From: Camelus dromedarius
Taxonomy: Eukaryota
DNA length: 64,000 bases
Reading direction: 5' to 3'
NCBI RefSeq assembly: GCF_036321535.1
Contig: NC_087436.1
Location: forward strand, 11,160,001 to 11,224,000
Under the pieces are notes generated by a model, which was not told where the DNA came from, did not search any database, and was given only the letters and a program-made list of their open reading frames with translations. This document shows, piece by piece, positions 1-12,650 of this stretch; position 1 is the first letter of the stretch; each line of letters starts with the position of its first letter. The position numbers were made by a program, and so were the translations under genes.

Positions 1-360
1 AACACCATGCGATACTACTTTATGTGGAATCTTAAAAAAAGACAAATGAACTTATTTATGAAACAGGAACAGACTCACAGACATAGAAAGCAAATTTATG
101 GTTACCAAGGAGGGAAGAAGGTTGGAAGGGATAAACTGGGAGTTCAAGATTTTCAGACACTAGCCACTATATATAAAATAGATAAACAAGTTTTTCCTGT
201 ATAGCACAGGGAACTATATTCAATATCTCGTAATAACTTACAATGAAAAAGAATCTGAAAAGGTATATATGTATGTGTATATGTGACTGAAACATGCTGT
301 GCACCAGAAATTGACACATTGTAACTGACTCTATGTCAATAAAAAATAAATTATAAAAAA
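1..360 (+). mobile_element. Young L1 3' end (end of ORF2, 3' UTR, A-tail), cut by the window edge
   Basis: Same 3' UTR motifs (acagactcacagacatagaaa, gtatagcacagggaactatattcaatatc, gtaactgact...AATAAA) as copies at 6.5, 18.5, 22.6, 45.8 and 56.2 kb. Confidence 0.85.
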
Positions 361-396
361 TGGTATGAAAGAGAATTGTGAAGAAGAGGAGCTGAA

Positions 397-557
397 GGGG
401 AGGGTATAGCTCAGTGGTAGAGCATGTGCTTAGCCTGCATGAGGTCCTAGGTTCAATCCCCAGTACCTCTATTAAAAATAAATGAATAAACCTAACTACC
501 TCCCCCACAAAACAAACAAACAAAAAAGCTTAAAAAACTAAAAAAAAAAAAAAAAAA
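397..557 (+). mobile_element. tRNA-Ala-derived SINE (camelid Vic-1-like)
   Basis: GGGGAGGGTATAGCTCAGTGGTAGAGC (A box)...GGTTCAATCCC (B box), 3' tail aaacctaactacctcccc, long poly(A). Confidence 0.9.
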
Positions 558-2925
558 GAGGTGCCAAGAACATGAGAAGCATTCCCTGGGTTTGTGAATT
601 CTATTCCTTTCCTTGTTTTCCAGAGGCTGAATGTTCTTATTACTTTTGGTTATTCGGACATGCTTATTGGAATATCACTTTCCAAGGTTTGCATTTATTT
701 AAAAAAAATACACATGAGACATTGCTCTACTTTACTTAGAAATTCATAAAATAATACACCAGAATACAATGAAGAAATATCAAAGTTTTTGAGTCTTTTG
801 TCAACAGGAAAAAAGCACTGTGTTTGCCAGCATCCTCTTAGGGTCCTCCTTTCACAGACTGAAAAGAACCACTGCTTCTGGACCTTGTGACAGTTGTCAA
901 TTTATTGCCTCACAAGTCCAAACACATCCTTGAAGACAATGCTTTATGACCACAGGTTCCTTTAAGCATGTCTCCTCTGCACTGAGTATAATGTTAAGCA
1001 AGAGGAAGAGCCTTCGGGTAGGGGAGGCAGGCAGTGTAGCCCTCTGGGGAAGCCTGCCCAAGCTGCAGGACTGGACCACAGTCCCTCTGCAACCTGCACT
1101 CTGAAGGCCCCAGCCCCCCTGGCATCCACACCCTCACTGCACGCCCACACCACCTATCGCTGATCACCTGCCTGGTGTTTGCCCACAACTCCACTCCAGC
1201 CAACCTCTCCACGGCTGGGTGGCCAAGGTACACTTTATTCGAGAAGTCTGCACTCCTTCCAGATGCGGCCTTCCTTGGGTTTTCTCCCTCAACCCTTAGG
1301 GACCAGGTAGAGTTTCCTTCTATCTTATAGTTATTCTCTAATTAGAGTTAAAATTCTTATAATGAACGTCTCCTGTTTAACCCAAACTAACTATGTAGTT
1401 TCTGTCTCCCAGTTAGATTCAGTCTTCTCAGACACTTCGAGATGGTTTGAGGGGCTAACTTCACTCCTAAAACCATGTTCCTCATGGGAACACGTGACTG
1501 GCTCACTGCTTGGAAACACCCATTTTATGAATGATGAAAAATGGGCACATAGAACAACTTGTGTAACACAACAGGGTCTACAGTAGATTCAAAGCGAGCC
1601 CTTCGATAGCTGAATAATTCTCTTCCATCCACTTTGACTATGGAATAAGTCATAGATGCACAGCAAACCAGGTGCTAGAGAAGGCAGAACACAGAGATGA
1701 AACGACACATCCAGACGGTTACTGTGCCCTGAGTCCAAGCCTTGTGACTTTCACTATATCCTAAGTCTAAAGGACACAGCCTGGTGGTGTCTGCATGTCT
1801 GTCAGCCTGTCCGTCCATCCTAGGGACGTCCAGCACCCGGGCTGTGTCTCTTTCTTCTCTTGGCATCCTGCCACCGTTGCTTCAGAGATTGGATGTTTCA
1901 CTCTGAAACGTTAACAACTGAGAAGTTAAAACGACCTTTCTCACCCACATCAGCATCCCACATACACACACACAAAAACAGTTTTGGTACCTCTGGGGTC
2001 TGAGTTGCATTTATTCCTACATCCCTATCATTTCTCTTGCTTTTTCACCTTCTCTCAATTGCAAATACAATCATTGCTCTTGAAAATCAGGCTATAATTC
2101 ACTAAATTCAAAAATGTCTTAATTATAGGCCTGGCAGTCTCCCTCATCTATGTCCCCTGGGCAATTATCTGAGGGGTTTCCCCGTATTTGGCATGCTCAT
2201 GCCTGAGATGAGAATTTACATCCGCAGTTCCCAAGCCTACGACTCCCAGACTGAGAAGAGAGAGTCCACAGCTACCGTAGCTTTTGACAGATTAAAAAAC
2301 ATCCTGTTGCAGACAACTTTGAATCGCATTTGTCACACTCCAGAAGGCCCATTTCCCTCAAAAGTGAGAAAGGCCATACAATGGAGGGAAAGTGTGATCT
2401 CAAGTGTGAAGCATCTGACTGCAATGACTGTATTAAATATTAATCTATTTCAAAGCAGATGAAATTCCCCTAATAATAACTGATGGTCACAAACTAATAC
2501 ATATCTTATTAGTTGCTTATTAGGAACAGGACCAAACATAGATGTGGACTTCACTAGTTCAGGCACTGCGTGATCTGCTTTTCTTAAACTCGTTAAAGAA
2601 CATATCAAAATGAAAATCAGTTTACGAGTAAAAATGGTAAGAGTTTGTTAGGAAACAGGCTGAGTCAAACCCTGGAGGATACTATCAATTGAAAAATATT
2701 TGAATGCATTTTCAGCAAGACTTATGAGGCTCCAAACTGAAATCAAGTTACCTGAAAGGCACCAGATGTAGAAATTGAAACACTTATTGCTGGCAATGTC
2801 AGAAACTGAAAAATAGTATTAAACAAAGTGGAGGCAGGCATAATTCTTTTGTTAACACATTTGTTAGTCGCCAGTTTGATATCAACCGCAAATCTCCTGT
2901 TCTTTCAGGGTTCTCTACAATTCTG

Positions 2926-3101
2926 GTTTTTTTAAACTGAAGTGTATAGTTGATTTACAGTGTTGTGTTAGTTTCAGGTGTACAGCATAGTGGTTCAGTT
3001 ATACGTGTATATAACATTCTTTTTCAGATTCTTTTCCATTATAGGTCATTACAAGATGTTGAATATAGTTCCCTGTGCTGTACAGTAGGTCCTTGTTGTT
3101 T
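2926..3101 (-). mobile_element. Short L1 3' end fragment
   Basis: Poly(T) then ttgatttacagtgttgtgttagtttcaggtgtacagc...tagttccctgtgc (reverse L1 3' UTR); flanked by acaattctg on both sides (TSD-like). Confidence 0.8.
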
Positions 3102-3649
3102 GACAATTCTGATTCTTTTTTTTTGAAACTTTACTGTTGTAAATGTTTCCACATAGCCTGTGGGCAGCCTGATTTGAAGAAGTTTCCATCGATTCACTAT
3201 TTTCTCCTCAGCATATTCATGTAACCTTTCTCCCCCAAAGCCTGTTTCCTTAGGTCAGTCACTTCAAGGCAACGGCTCCACAATCTTCCCTGCTGTCTGC
3301 AAAACTGCTTGTAAACCAGCCCCTACACTGCTGTTCCCAGATCCTAATTACAGTCAATGACACACACATCTTTCTGCTTCCCACCCCATCCGTCCTTCCA
3401 GATTACCTCCAGAGTCATCCTGAACATATCTGATTGCGTCAGCTCCCTGTCAAAACATATAAATTCAACACGTAAGAAAGAAATGTGGTAATACTTCCAC
3501 ATACCAGCAACAATCAATCTGTGTGTGTGAGCAGAACGTCCCAGGCTCATTCAAGATTTGTGTGGGAATGGAAAAGACCAGGAAGAGCTCAGACTTGCTC
3601 GTAGATGAACTCAGTGTGAAGACACCTTCTACCAGGTATCAAGACGTGG

Positions 3650-3779
3650 TGGAGGTGGGTACAGCTCAAATGGTAGAGCGTGCACGAGGTCCGGGGTTCA
3701 ATTCCCAGTACCTCCTCCAAGAATAAAGAAAGAAAGAAACCTAATTACCTTCCCCCCCAAATTTTTTTTAAATTAAAAA
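3650..3779 (+). mobile_element. tRNA-derived SINE (Vic-1-like, degenerate)
   Basis: acagctcaaatggtagagc...ggttcaattcccagtacctcc, aaacctaattacctt tail. Confidence 0.8.
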
Positions 3780-4049
3780 GACATCATAAAGCTGTGATAA
3801 TTAGGAGACTGTGGCATTAGTGCAAGGAGAGACAAGGCGCCCAGGGGTGCAGAACAAGAAGGCCAGAAATGGATGCGCAGGTATCTGAACACTTGATTTA
3901 CAACTGAGCTGGCGTGGCAGGGCAGAGGAGAAATCGTGTCCTCTCAAGCAGTGGTTCTGGAACGAGCATGTGCTCATACGGAAAATAATGAAGCTATAGC
4001 TTTGTTTCATACACATACAAGAATCAACACTTGATGGGTTACACATTTC

Positions 4050-5510
4050 ACGTGCAAGACAAATGTGTAAAGCTTTTAGGACCTGATATAGGAAACTATA
4101 TTTGTGACTTCAGGGTAGGAAAAGTTTTCTTAAATAAGCCATAACAAGCCACCAGGAAAAAAGATTTATATTTATAAAGAGAAAAAAAAAAAAAACAACC
4201 AAGAACAAGAAAAGCTATTGCAACACACAAAACCAGATAAACATTCATATTCAAACCATGTTTTTTTTTAAAAAGCCTATAAAGTGTAAAAGAAAAAAAG
4301 ACACACACAATAGGAAAAAAAAAAGACAGAAGACTTGAACAGGAAGTTCATAAAAAAGAAATCCAAAAACTATGTAAGTTTAAAAAGCTAAAGCTCTAAA
4401 CATTCTTAAAAACAATGAACAGTATATATATGTAAATTTTTAAAATATGTGCAGTATATTGTGTACATGTATTTACATGCAATATATTGTATATGTGCTG
4501 TCAAATTGTAATAATTCTACCTAATAAAACTGAAAAATGAAAAAAAAGAGCTGATTGGAAAAAACTTAACTTAAAAAAAAAAGAAATCCAATGGCTAAAA
4601 AATGTATTAAGTGTTCAGCTTCAGTAATATACAGAAAATGCAGATTGAAATCATAAAGAGATTCTACCTCATATCTACCAAATTGGCAAAAATTAAAAGT
4701 CTGACAACATCAAGTGCAGACAAGGACGTGGAGCGTTAGGACACTCCTACTGCTCATGGCAGGCTAAATGGTGATGCCACTTCAGTAAAGAGTTTGGTCT
4801 CTTTGACTAAATTTGAAGATGTGCTTGTCTTATGATCCAAAAAGGGCACTCCCTCTAGAAATAAGTGTGCATGTGCACAAGGAGACACGGGTAAGGATAG
4901 TCGCAGCAGAACTGCTTGTAAGATCCGAAAGTTGGAAATTACTAATCTGTCTCTTTTTTTTTTTTAATTGAAGTACAGTCAGTTACAATGTGTCAGATTC
5001 TGGTGTACAGCACAATGTCCCAGTCATACATACACATACATATATTCGTTTTTATTTTCTTTGATGTGTCTTTCAACAGCAAATTGTCCAGTGTATTCAT
5101 ACAATGGAATATCTGCCTATGAAAATGAATAGACTACAGCTACACAAAGCTGGAAAAATAGCGTGAAGAAATAGAAGCAAGCAAAAAAAGAATATACAGA
5201 CAATGACTTCAATGATACAAAATTCAAAGCAGGTAAGACTAAACTAGGATTTAGGGATACACACGTAAGGTGGTTAAACTCCGCAGGTAAAGCTATGAAG
5301 TTACGTGAGGACCTGATCTTCGTACAGGGTGGTATGGAGTTTAATGTTGGGCGGGAGTAGGGAGGGTGAACAGAAGGGGACTTCTGGTGTGCGGGCAAGG
5401 CTCCCCCTTGGACCCGAGTGTGGTCACAGAGGTGTGTGCTTCATACATTCTCTGTAAATAAGACCTCTAGGTTTTGTGCACTTTTGTCTATACGACCTAC
5501 AGTATTACCA
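4050..5510 (+). mobile_element. Old L1M-type fragment (end of ORF2 and 3' UTR), interrupted
   Basis: Decayed L1 ORF2 3' motifs (aaattggcaaaaattaaaagtctgacaacatcaagtg; gtgtattcatacaatggaata). Confidence 0.6.
4953..5062 (-). mobile_element. Young L1 3' tip inserted into the older L1
   Basis: Poly(T) + aattgaagtacagtcagttacaatgtgtca; tgtct on both flanks. Confidence 0.75.
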
Positions 5511-6094
5511 GATTATAAAAAAATATATATTTTTTCACTAGACAAATGTGAATCCAAACGCACAAATCCGTCACATAGAGACCCACTTGGGTCAATTACA
5601 TTTTTAGCTGAGGAGGTACTCACCCCTGTTTTGAGGAATTCTCGTTTACTGACATTGCATTCCTAGCATCGCTACAGATTGGGCATCTTTTTCCATATCT
5701 CCAAGTTAAACTCTCAAAAATGTTTCACTATGGACTCCGTGACTCTCCCCTTGGGAATGATATTCAGAAAGAATCCAGATATGCTGAGTATTAAAAAAAG
5801 AAAGATAAAAGTCAAATGACCGGGAAAAGCTTAATGTCAGAGGAAAAGATGGTGGTGGGTGATGTCCTTTCGACCACGGTGAGAAACTCAGACAAGCACA
5901 GGCTGCTGGTCAGACCTGGACCAGAGCTGCAGGGAGTCCATGGTCCTGCACATGGTCACACCACCAATCACTATCCCTGCCTCGCCCTGCACGTCTCATG
6001 CCGGCCTTTGGAGCTGCTCCATCACAGCACAGCTGCTTCATTCTTTGGGAGAGGCAAGGCATATGTTGTTACTGATCATTTATGTTTTTGAGTG

Positions 6095-7075
6095 GATTTT
6101 GTATCCGTTTTTCTATGAACAACCCACCCCAAAACTTAACAGCTTAAAGAAGCAACTACGTATGTGGATCTAATTCTGTGAATTAGCTGGGCAGGCTCCT
6201 CTGGTTAGGGCAGCTCAGCTGATTTTAGCTAGACTTGCTGGTGAGTCAGTTAGCATCCGGCTGACCAGGATGGCCTTATTCGTATGTCTGGCCCAGATGA
6301 CAGGACACACAGGCCACTCATATGCCATCACCCTGCAGGCTAACCTGGGCTTCTTCTTGAGGCAGTCAGAGTTCTGAGGGCAGCAAAGGCAAGTAAACCA
6401 GATGTGCAGTCATGTTGTATGTCTGCAGGTGCCACCTTTGCTCAAGTCTGTCACTCAAAGCTAACATGAGATGATTGGATAAAGAAGCTGCGGTATATTC
6501 ATACAGTGGAATACTATTCAGCCATAAAAAAGAATAACATAATGTCATTTGCAGCAACATGGATGGACTTAGAAATTATCATACTAAATGAAATAAGCCA
6601 GAAAGAAAAAGAAAAACACCATATGATATCACTTAGATACAGTACCTTAAAAAGAATGACACAAATTAACTTATTTACAAACCAGAAACAGACTCACAGA
6701 CATAGAAAACAAACCTACAGTTACCGGGGGTGGCAGTGGGGCAGGGAGGGATAAATGGGAAGTTCAAAATTTGCAGATACTAATTACTATACATAAAATA
6801 GATGAACAAGTTTCTACTGTAGAGCACAGAGAACTACATTCACTACCTTGTAGTAACCTATAATGAAAAAGAATATGAAAAGGAATGTATGTATGTATGA
6901 CTGAAACATTATACTGTATACCAGAAATTGACACAACATTGGAAACCAATTATGCTTAAATTTAAAAAAAAGAAAAGAAAAACTAGGTAAGTGGTCCAGC
7001 CCAGAACCAGCGTGGGAGGGCATGGCCAAAGGGTGTGAATGCACAAGACAATGACTCTGCAGCCATCTCTGTAAC
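6095..7075 (-). mobile_element. MLT1-type (ERVL-MaLR) LTR split by an L1 insertion
   Basis: aacaacccaccccaaaacttaacagcttaaa and ccctgcaggctaacctgggcttcttc motifs typical of MLT1; resumes after ~6985. Confidence 0.6.
6468..6982 (+). mobile_element. Young L1 3' fragment
   Basis: ORF 6506-6754 [23 protein letters not shown] is the L1 ORF2 C-terminus; 3' UTR and A-tail follow. Confidence 0.9.
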
Positions 7076-7789
7076 CACGCAGCACCAGCATGTCTCTCCT
7101 AAGGTCTCACAGTTAGTGTGTGGCTTTGGAAACCCATCTCAGGGCTCCCCACTTCCAGGGCAGTGTTCTTTCCACCAGAGCAACTAAACAGGGAGGTGAG
7201 GTTGGGGAGGGTGTGCAGAGGAAAGTGCCTCGGGCATCACACATTGTATTCAGTTAAAGTGGTTTTGGCAGTGAAATTCATTGAACAGTTGCTACATGCC
7301 TGCTTTGTTTTATGCATTGTGAGTCTATTGTTAGAGTATTCAAATCATCAGCAACATCTATGTGAAGGTAGACATTCATCTCATCCTCTTACATCCGTTC
7401 GCCCTTTTCCCATCTCCCCAGGGTTGTCATCCCAATACAACTTTTCAGAGGTCAAACAGGGATCCCTTATATTCCTTGCAAGTGCACACAGTTGCATAAA
7501 CTGGGCTTCACAAAGTGGATACCCTCTAAGTTTGGTGGGTTAAGTAATTGCTCCACATTAAAATATCACACTGCTGCCCCTGGAATATTTATTTTCTTAG
7601 TCGTACTGTGAATGCTGAAGTGTTCGGCCCCGGCAGCCCAGGAGGGCTCCTCGTATATAACCTTGGTTTTTCATTAGCCCCACTGCACACTCAGAGCGCT
7701 GCAGCTCAGTCCACGGTTTGGAGAAGCCAACCAGCGTAAGCACAGGAGGGGACCATCTCTAACTGGTTTGGCTCGCACCCCTGCACCCA

Positions 7790-7960
7790 CAGCTCTTCAT
7801 CCTTGAGCAGATGGTTAATGCTGGGGCTCGGCGTCCTCGTCTGGTGCCTGCCCCACCAGCGGTGTGAGGGATTGAACGGAATCGGTCCATGTGCAGCACG
7901 CTTAGCACAGAGCCTGGCTCCTGTGGATGCTCGGGAGGTAAACGATAGTCTGTACCATCG
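7790..7960. mobile_element. MIR/L2-like fragment
   Basis: gtgaggattgaacgg...agcacgcttagcacagagcctggc resembles MIR core/3' end. Confidence 0.45.
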
Positions 7961-9264
7961 CTGATCCTATTATCATTGCAAGACAAACCATTTAAAGAGG
8001 GATTGGTTCACAGGCGGAGATTACAGGGGAAACTGGATCCATCTCTAGGTAATCCCTGGATTCTCTTTTTTCGTTTGTTTCCTAAAGTTTATTACATCGC
8101 ATTTACAGCAAACCAGTGATGCTATCTCCTGCCGTCCTCCCCTGAGCTGATTAGTTTGCCCAGACCCCTGTTTACACTACCTGCAGCTCCCTTTCCCTGC
8201 TCAGGGCAGGGATGCTGTTGGCTTCCCCTCAATCCCAACAGGAAGCTGCACTGCCCTCCTCAGAATCACTGATCATCTTTCTGCATGTGCTTACAAGCAC
8301 CACAGGGATGAAAAAGTCTTGCTGATAAAGATGAAGCCTGGTTCTTTATTAAAAAAAAAAAAGTCCTCTTTCTGAATAAAAGTTACAGATTTCAGTGCTA
8401 ATACATTTCTTGAAAAAAAAAAATCATGGTTTCATGCAGACAAGGAAGAGAAGGCAAACTCTTTGCCAGGGGCAAGTCTTATTCCTTCTCTGATCCCATT
8501 GTTTGTAAACAGTAATATACACACAACAGGAAGAGAAGATCTTATTGAAACAACAGATGGCCCCTCCAGACCTCCAAGTGCTTTGAGGACATTACTGTCA
8601 GGTTCCCCAATCAACCCTTTAGCAATGAAAATCTCAGAATCACAGAATTAAAGTGAGAACTCAAGAGTTAGGTAGTCATTGCCTAGTTATGAGGTTTACG
8701 TTCCAAAAATACTTTGGTCATTTTCATGAAATATTTTTTTGAAAATGAATACCAACAGTTCAAAAACTTTGTAAGCTATTCTGAAGAAAAGTTTTCAAAG
8801 AAACTAAACCGATCTGAATTTCCCTTCAGGGTTATTTGAAAAATTGACTGGAATGGATCAGAGAAAAAAAATGGGAAAAAAAATAAAGCAGAATATGCCA
8901 AGAAAAAAAAATCTGTGAGAGCTGTGTCTTCCTAACACCTAAGCAATAGGTGTGACTTCACTCAAAGGCATGGATTCAGACCTTCTATGTAAAATTGGGG
9001 TGCATCAGAAGGTCTATTCCAATTAAAATTATTTTATCCAATGATTTCTACCATGATTCTCATTCTTTTAGATTACTTCACCAACTCCTAAAGTAATGAC
9101 TTTGGGAGGGGTAACATAGTAAGTCACTGGGAGTGTGAATATTTTTAATATAAATTAATTGATCCAAAGAAAAAGAAACAGAATAGACTTTTTATGTGGA
9201 AGAGTAAATACAGGGGTTCAGAGTAGACCTGCCGGGACATCACAGTGGTGAGTCCTGAATAAGG

Positions 9265-9410
9265 AACAGACATGGGACAGAACACTCTGTCTGTGGTTGG
9301 GCAACTTTCCCTAAGCCTCAGCTGTCCCCTTGTGAAATAGGAATAATTCTATCTCGCTGAGCTCACAGAAGCACTGTGAAAATTGAATTCAGTAATATTC
9401 CCGAAACCCT
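9265..9410 (+). mobile_element. MIR fragment
   Basis: ttgggcaactttccctaagcctcagctgtccccttgtgaaataggaataat. Confidence 0.55.
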
Positions 9411-10059
9411 CTGATGTTTCATTCAAATACATGAAATGAAGGAACAGGTCCTAGAGGTGAACGCGGAGGGTCACAAGGACAAAAACTTGCATCATGATGG
9501 GAAAAGATTGATGACATAAATAAATGAACACATAGATAAATAATACAAGAAATGTCTGGGAAATTACTCTGGGAAAACAGTGTAGATATGTTACTCAAGG
9601 ACATAAAATAAGAAGAAAAATAAGACGAGTTGCTACACTAAATGAAGATTTTTCTAGCATTCCTAAAGAACCCTGGAAGCGTGAAAGTCAGCCTCTTCCC
9701 CTGATCTCTCCTTGAAGAAAAGGCAATTGCTAAGAAGAATGCGGGAGATTCTCAAGCCCTGACAAGCACAGATGCCCATGAGATACGAAATGCAAAAAAG
9801 CGAGCCGCTGAACCTTTTTCTTGGATTCCATTATTTATATGTATGTTTGTAAATGCAGATAAAAAGGTCTAGAAAACACACTGAACTATTAACAGTGCTA
9901 CCTTGAGGAAGGAGAGCGAGGCTGGGGAAAGGTGGGAAGGAAGACTTTCTCTATGCTTTCATAACATTTGGAAAATTTCCAATCATTCACTTTATGATTT
10001 TAAAATTTTACTGTAGAAAATAGCATGATAGATATTCTGATAGACATATCACAATTTCT

Positions 10060-10500
10060 TACCATGAGGGCTGGGGTCAGCTGAGTCTTAAAGACTAAGT
10101 AAGAGTCAGTCATATGAAACAGCAGAGGAAAGGCATGTGTGGCCAACAACAAGCATGTGCAAAGGCCCAGGGGCTGAGGAGGAGGGAGGTTTTCCAACAT
10201 GTGTGGTAGTTCAGTAAAAGTGGCTCTCATGTCGATGTGGGAGAAGAGTGGAAGGTGAGGGTGGAAGACTGATCCATGTGGCTTGGGTAAGATGTTAAGG
10301 AATTTGAGCTTTATTCTAAGCCACGAGGAAGCCATTGATGGACTCGGGGCATGGGAGTAACGTACTCTTATTTGTTTCAGGGAGATGTCCCCGGAAATGG
10401 TGTGGAGAGTGAACAGAGCAGAAGAAGGAAAGGCAATTAGGAAGCCCCTGCCAGGATCAAAGAAAGAATTGTTGAAGGCCTGAACTAAATAAAATAAACA
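10060..10500 (-). mobile_element. L2 fragment
   Basis: gcatgtgcaaaggcccagggg, gttaaggaatttgagctttattctaag...gaagccattg motifs of the L2 3' region. Confidence 0.65.
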
Positions 10501-10984
10501 GAATTAAGGGGGATCTATTAGACTATTGGTTTTTTTGAAATTTAACTTTAAGAGGGAGATCTATTCAGGAAATATGGCTTTAGGAGTCATCAGAGCGATT
10601 AGCATAAACCAGAATTTCCCAATTCCATTATTCATGTTCCCCATCACAATCCAAGAAATACCCATAGTATTATTTACTCAGTAATTTTTGATTGACTCAC
10701 CTTAAGCCGCATCTTAAATTAGTAAAATCAGGGATTTGATGGACCATATTTTTCTAGTTCACCTTAATATAAGTACATAACAAAATTTACATAGTGTATC
10801 CTTTTCATATAGCATCTAAATCCTTCTCCAATACCACCAGTGAAAACCACATAATGCTTTTAGGAAACACAGGACCTGTTGTTTCCAATTCTAAAATGTT
10901 ACGAGTCTATTATCCTTAGTCAAAACCCTCCTTTTTGAAAATTAAGCCCCAAAGAATTTATAAGGAATTAGTTCAAGACCTGGC

Positions 10985-11142
10985 TTAGACCAAATGTGGT
11001 CTCTGGCTCTAGTAACTCAGAAATGCAAATTCTCAGGCCCTATTGAATCAGAAACTCTGGAGGCGTAGGGCTCAATCTATGCTTTAGAAAGTCTTCCGTG
11101 TGAATCTGGTGTCCCTACCTTAAAGTTTGAGAACCGCTGCTT
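10985..11142. mobile_element. MER5A-like hAT-Charlie MITE
   Basis: agaaatgcaaattctcaggccc...gaatcagaaactctgg...aagtttgagaaccgctg. Confidence 0.7.
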
Positions 11143-11337
11143 TGGACCATCCACACGAAGATGGAGAGACTGGGGCAACTGGGATAATCCGAGAGAGATC
11201 ATCTTCAAGTCAGAGCTCTGACATTTAACAACACTCTGTCACTCTTTTTTATTTTCAGCATTCGTACCCTGCATTTCGGAACTCACAGTCAACTCACTGA
11301 GAGCCAGTGAATAAGCCAGCTGAGGATTAAGATACAC

Positions 11338-11818
11338 GAGTGGTTTCCAGGGCCCTGAGTGCAGTGTACAACCTCCACCGCTCGCACAGCGCAGCCACTA
11401 CTGTCATGACCTGCCTGCGACGTACACTGTTACTCACTTAGAGTTTTCCTATAAGTTTTCTTTTTTCACTTGAATACACTAACTTAGGAGAAGAGTTAAT
11501 ATTACTACCATCACCAGAAAGTCAGTGTCACCTGCCATAAATAAAAGCTAACTAGAAAAATAAATACAGTGTTATTAGATTCTGTCTCTGCTTGTCAGAA
11601 GGTCTGCTCTTGGGGGCTGCATTCTGTATCACCATGTATGGTTAGCCTGTCGTAGGGAGCTGCTCAAATTTCGTGTAATCTGCAAAGAAAAAGCATTAAA
11701 ATGGACATGACGTTCTCATCATGGGATTCGATTTTGGTTCATTGTATGAGTGTGAACCCCCTAAAATCATCTCCCATTCCAGAAATCATTCATATTTCAT
11801 GCTCTGGGAAATGCTGGT
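11338..11818. mobile_element. hAT-Charlie-type DNA transposon remnant
   Basis: Ends agtggtttcca... and ...tgggaaatgctg resemble degenerate hAT terminal inverted repeats. Confidence 0.35.
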
Positions 11819-12254
11819 TTAAACCATATGTATAGGATAGAGAAACACTGAGAAGGCACAGATTTAGACCAGGAAAGTCCTAAAATAGACCTCTCATATT
11901 TAAGAGGTAAACAGAGAAAGAGCGAACAGGGAAGACCAGAACACCACACCTGGATGGAGCTGAGAAGGCCTGCCAGAGGCAGGAGGGAGGCTGGACACAA
12001 GCATCACCCCTGAACCCAAGGAAGAAGAAAGTCTAAGAAAAGAAGGTACCAGCAAGAACACAGGACCAAGCACAAGGACCTGGAATTTTAAGAACCAGGA
12101 ATTTTAAGAAATCCCTGGAAGACATCATTTACACCATTATAAAAGCTGCATTATAAAAAGGAGTGTTTTGTGATACTGAACAATATTTTTTAACTAAACG
12201 AGCACATTCATTATTTACCACTAAGTATCAAAATACCCAAAAACACTGCATGTT

Positions 12255-12650
12255 AAAACCACCAATATTTCTGCGGGCTGGGAACCTGGACGCAGCTTAG
12301 CTGGTCCTCTGCCTCCGGGTGTCTCACAAGGCCAGCGTTAGGGTGATGGGCCAGGGTTTGCAGACTCATGTGGAGGCTCGACTGGGGAGGGGTCTGCTTC
12401 CAGGGTCGCCCGGTGTTGCCAGCAGACTTCAGTTCCTTGTGGGCTGTTGGTCGGCGGGCCTGGAGGTGGCCCTCAGTGACATGCCTGCGGCCTCTCCAAC
12501 ACAGCATCTCACTTCACAGAAGTACACAAACCAAGATGGCAAAGGAGAGGGTCTGCTAGCCAGAGAAAGGTCCCTCTGCGTCATAATCTGATCACCAAAG
12601 TGACACTCCGTCGATGTTGCCATGAGTAGCAGGAGGCCATTCATTGCACA
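12255..12650 (-). mobile_element. MLT1-type LTR fragment
   Basis: tttctgcgggctgggaacctggacgcagcttagctggtcctctg...cagttccttgtgggctgttgg. Confidence 0.7.

Noticed and set aside
397..470. tRNA-Ala-like sequences (about a dozen copies) as tRNA genes
   Set aside because: Mismatched stems, extra leader and tail, poly(A) and TSDs mark them as SINEs
7118..7543. 141-aa ORF
   Set aside because: Non-ATG start, no recognisable homology or coding-like composition; length expected by chance
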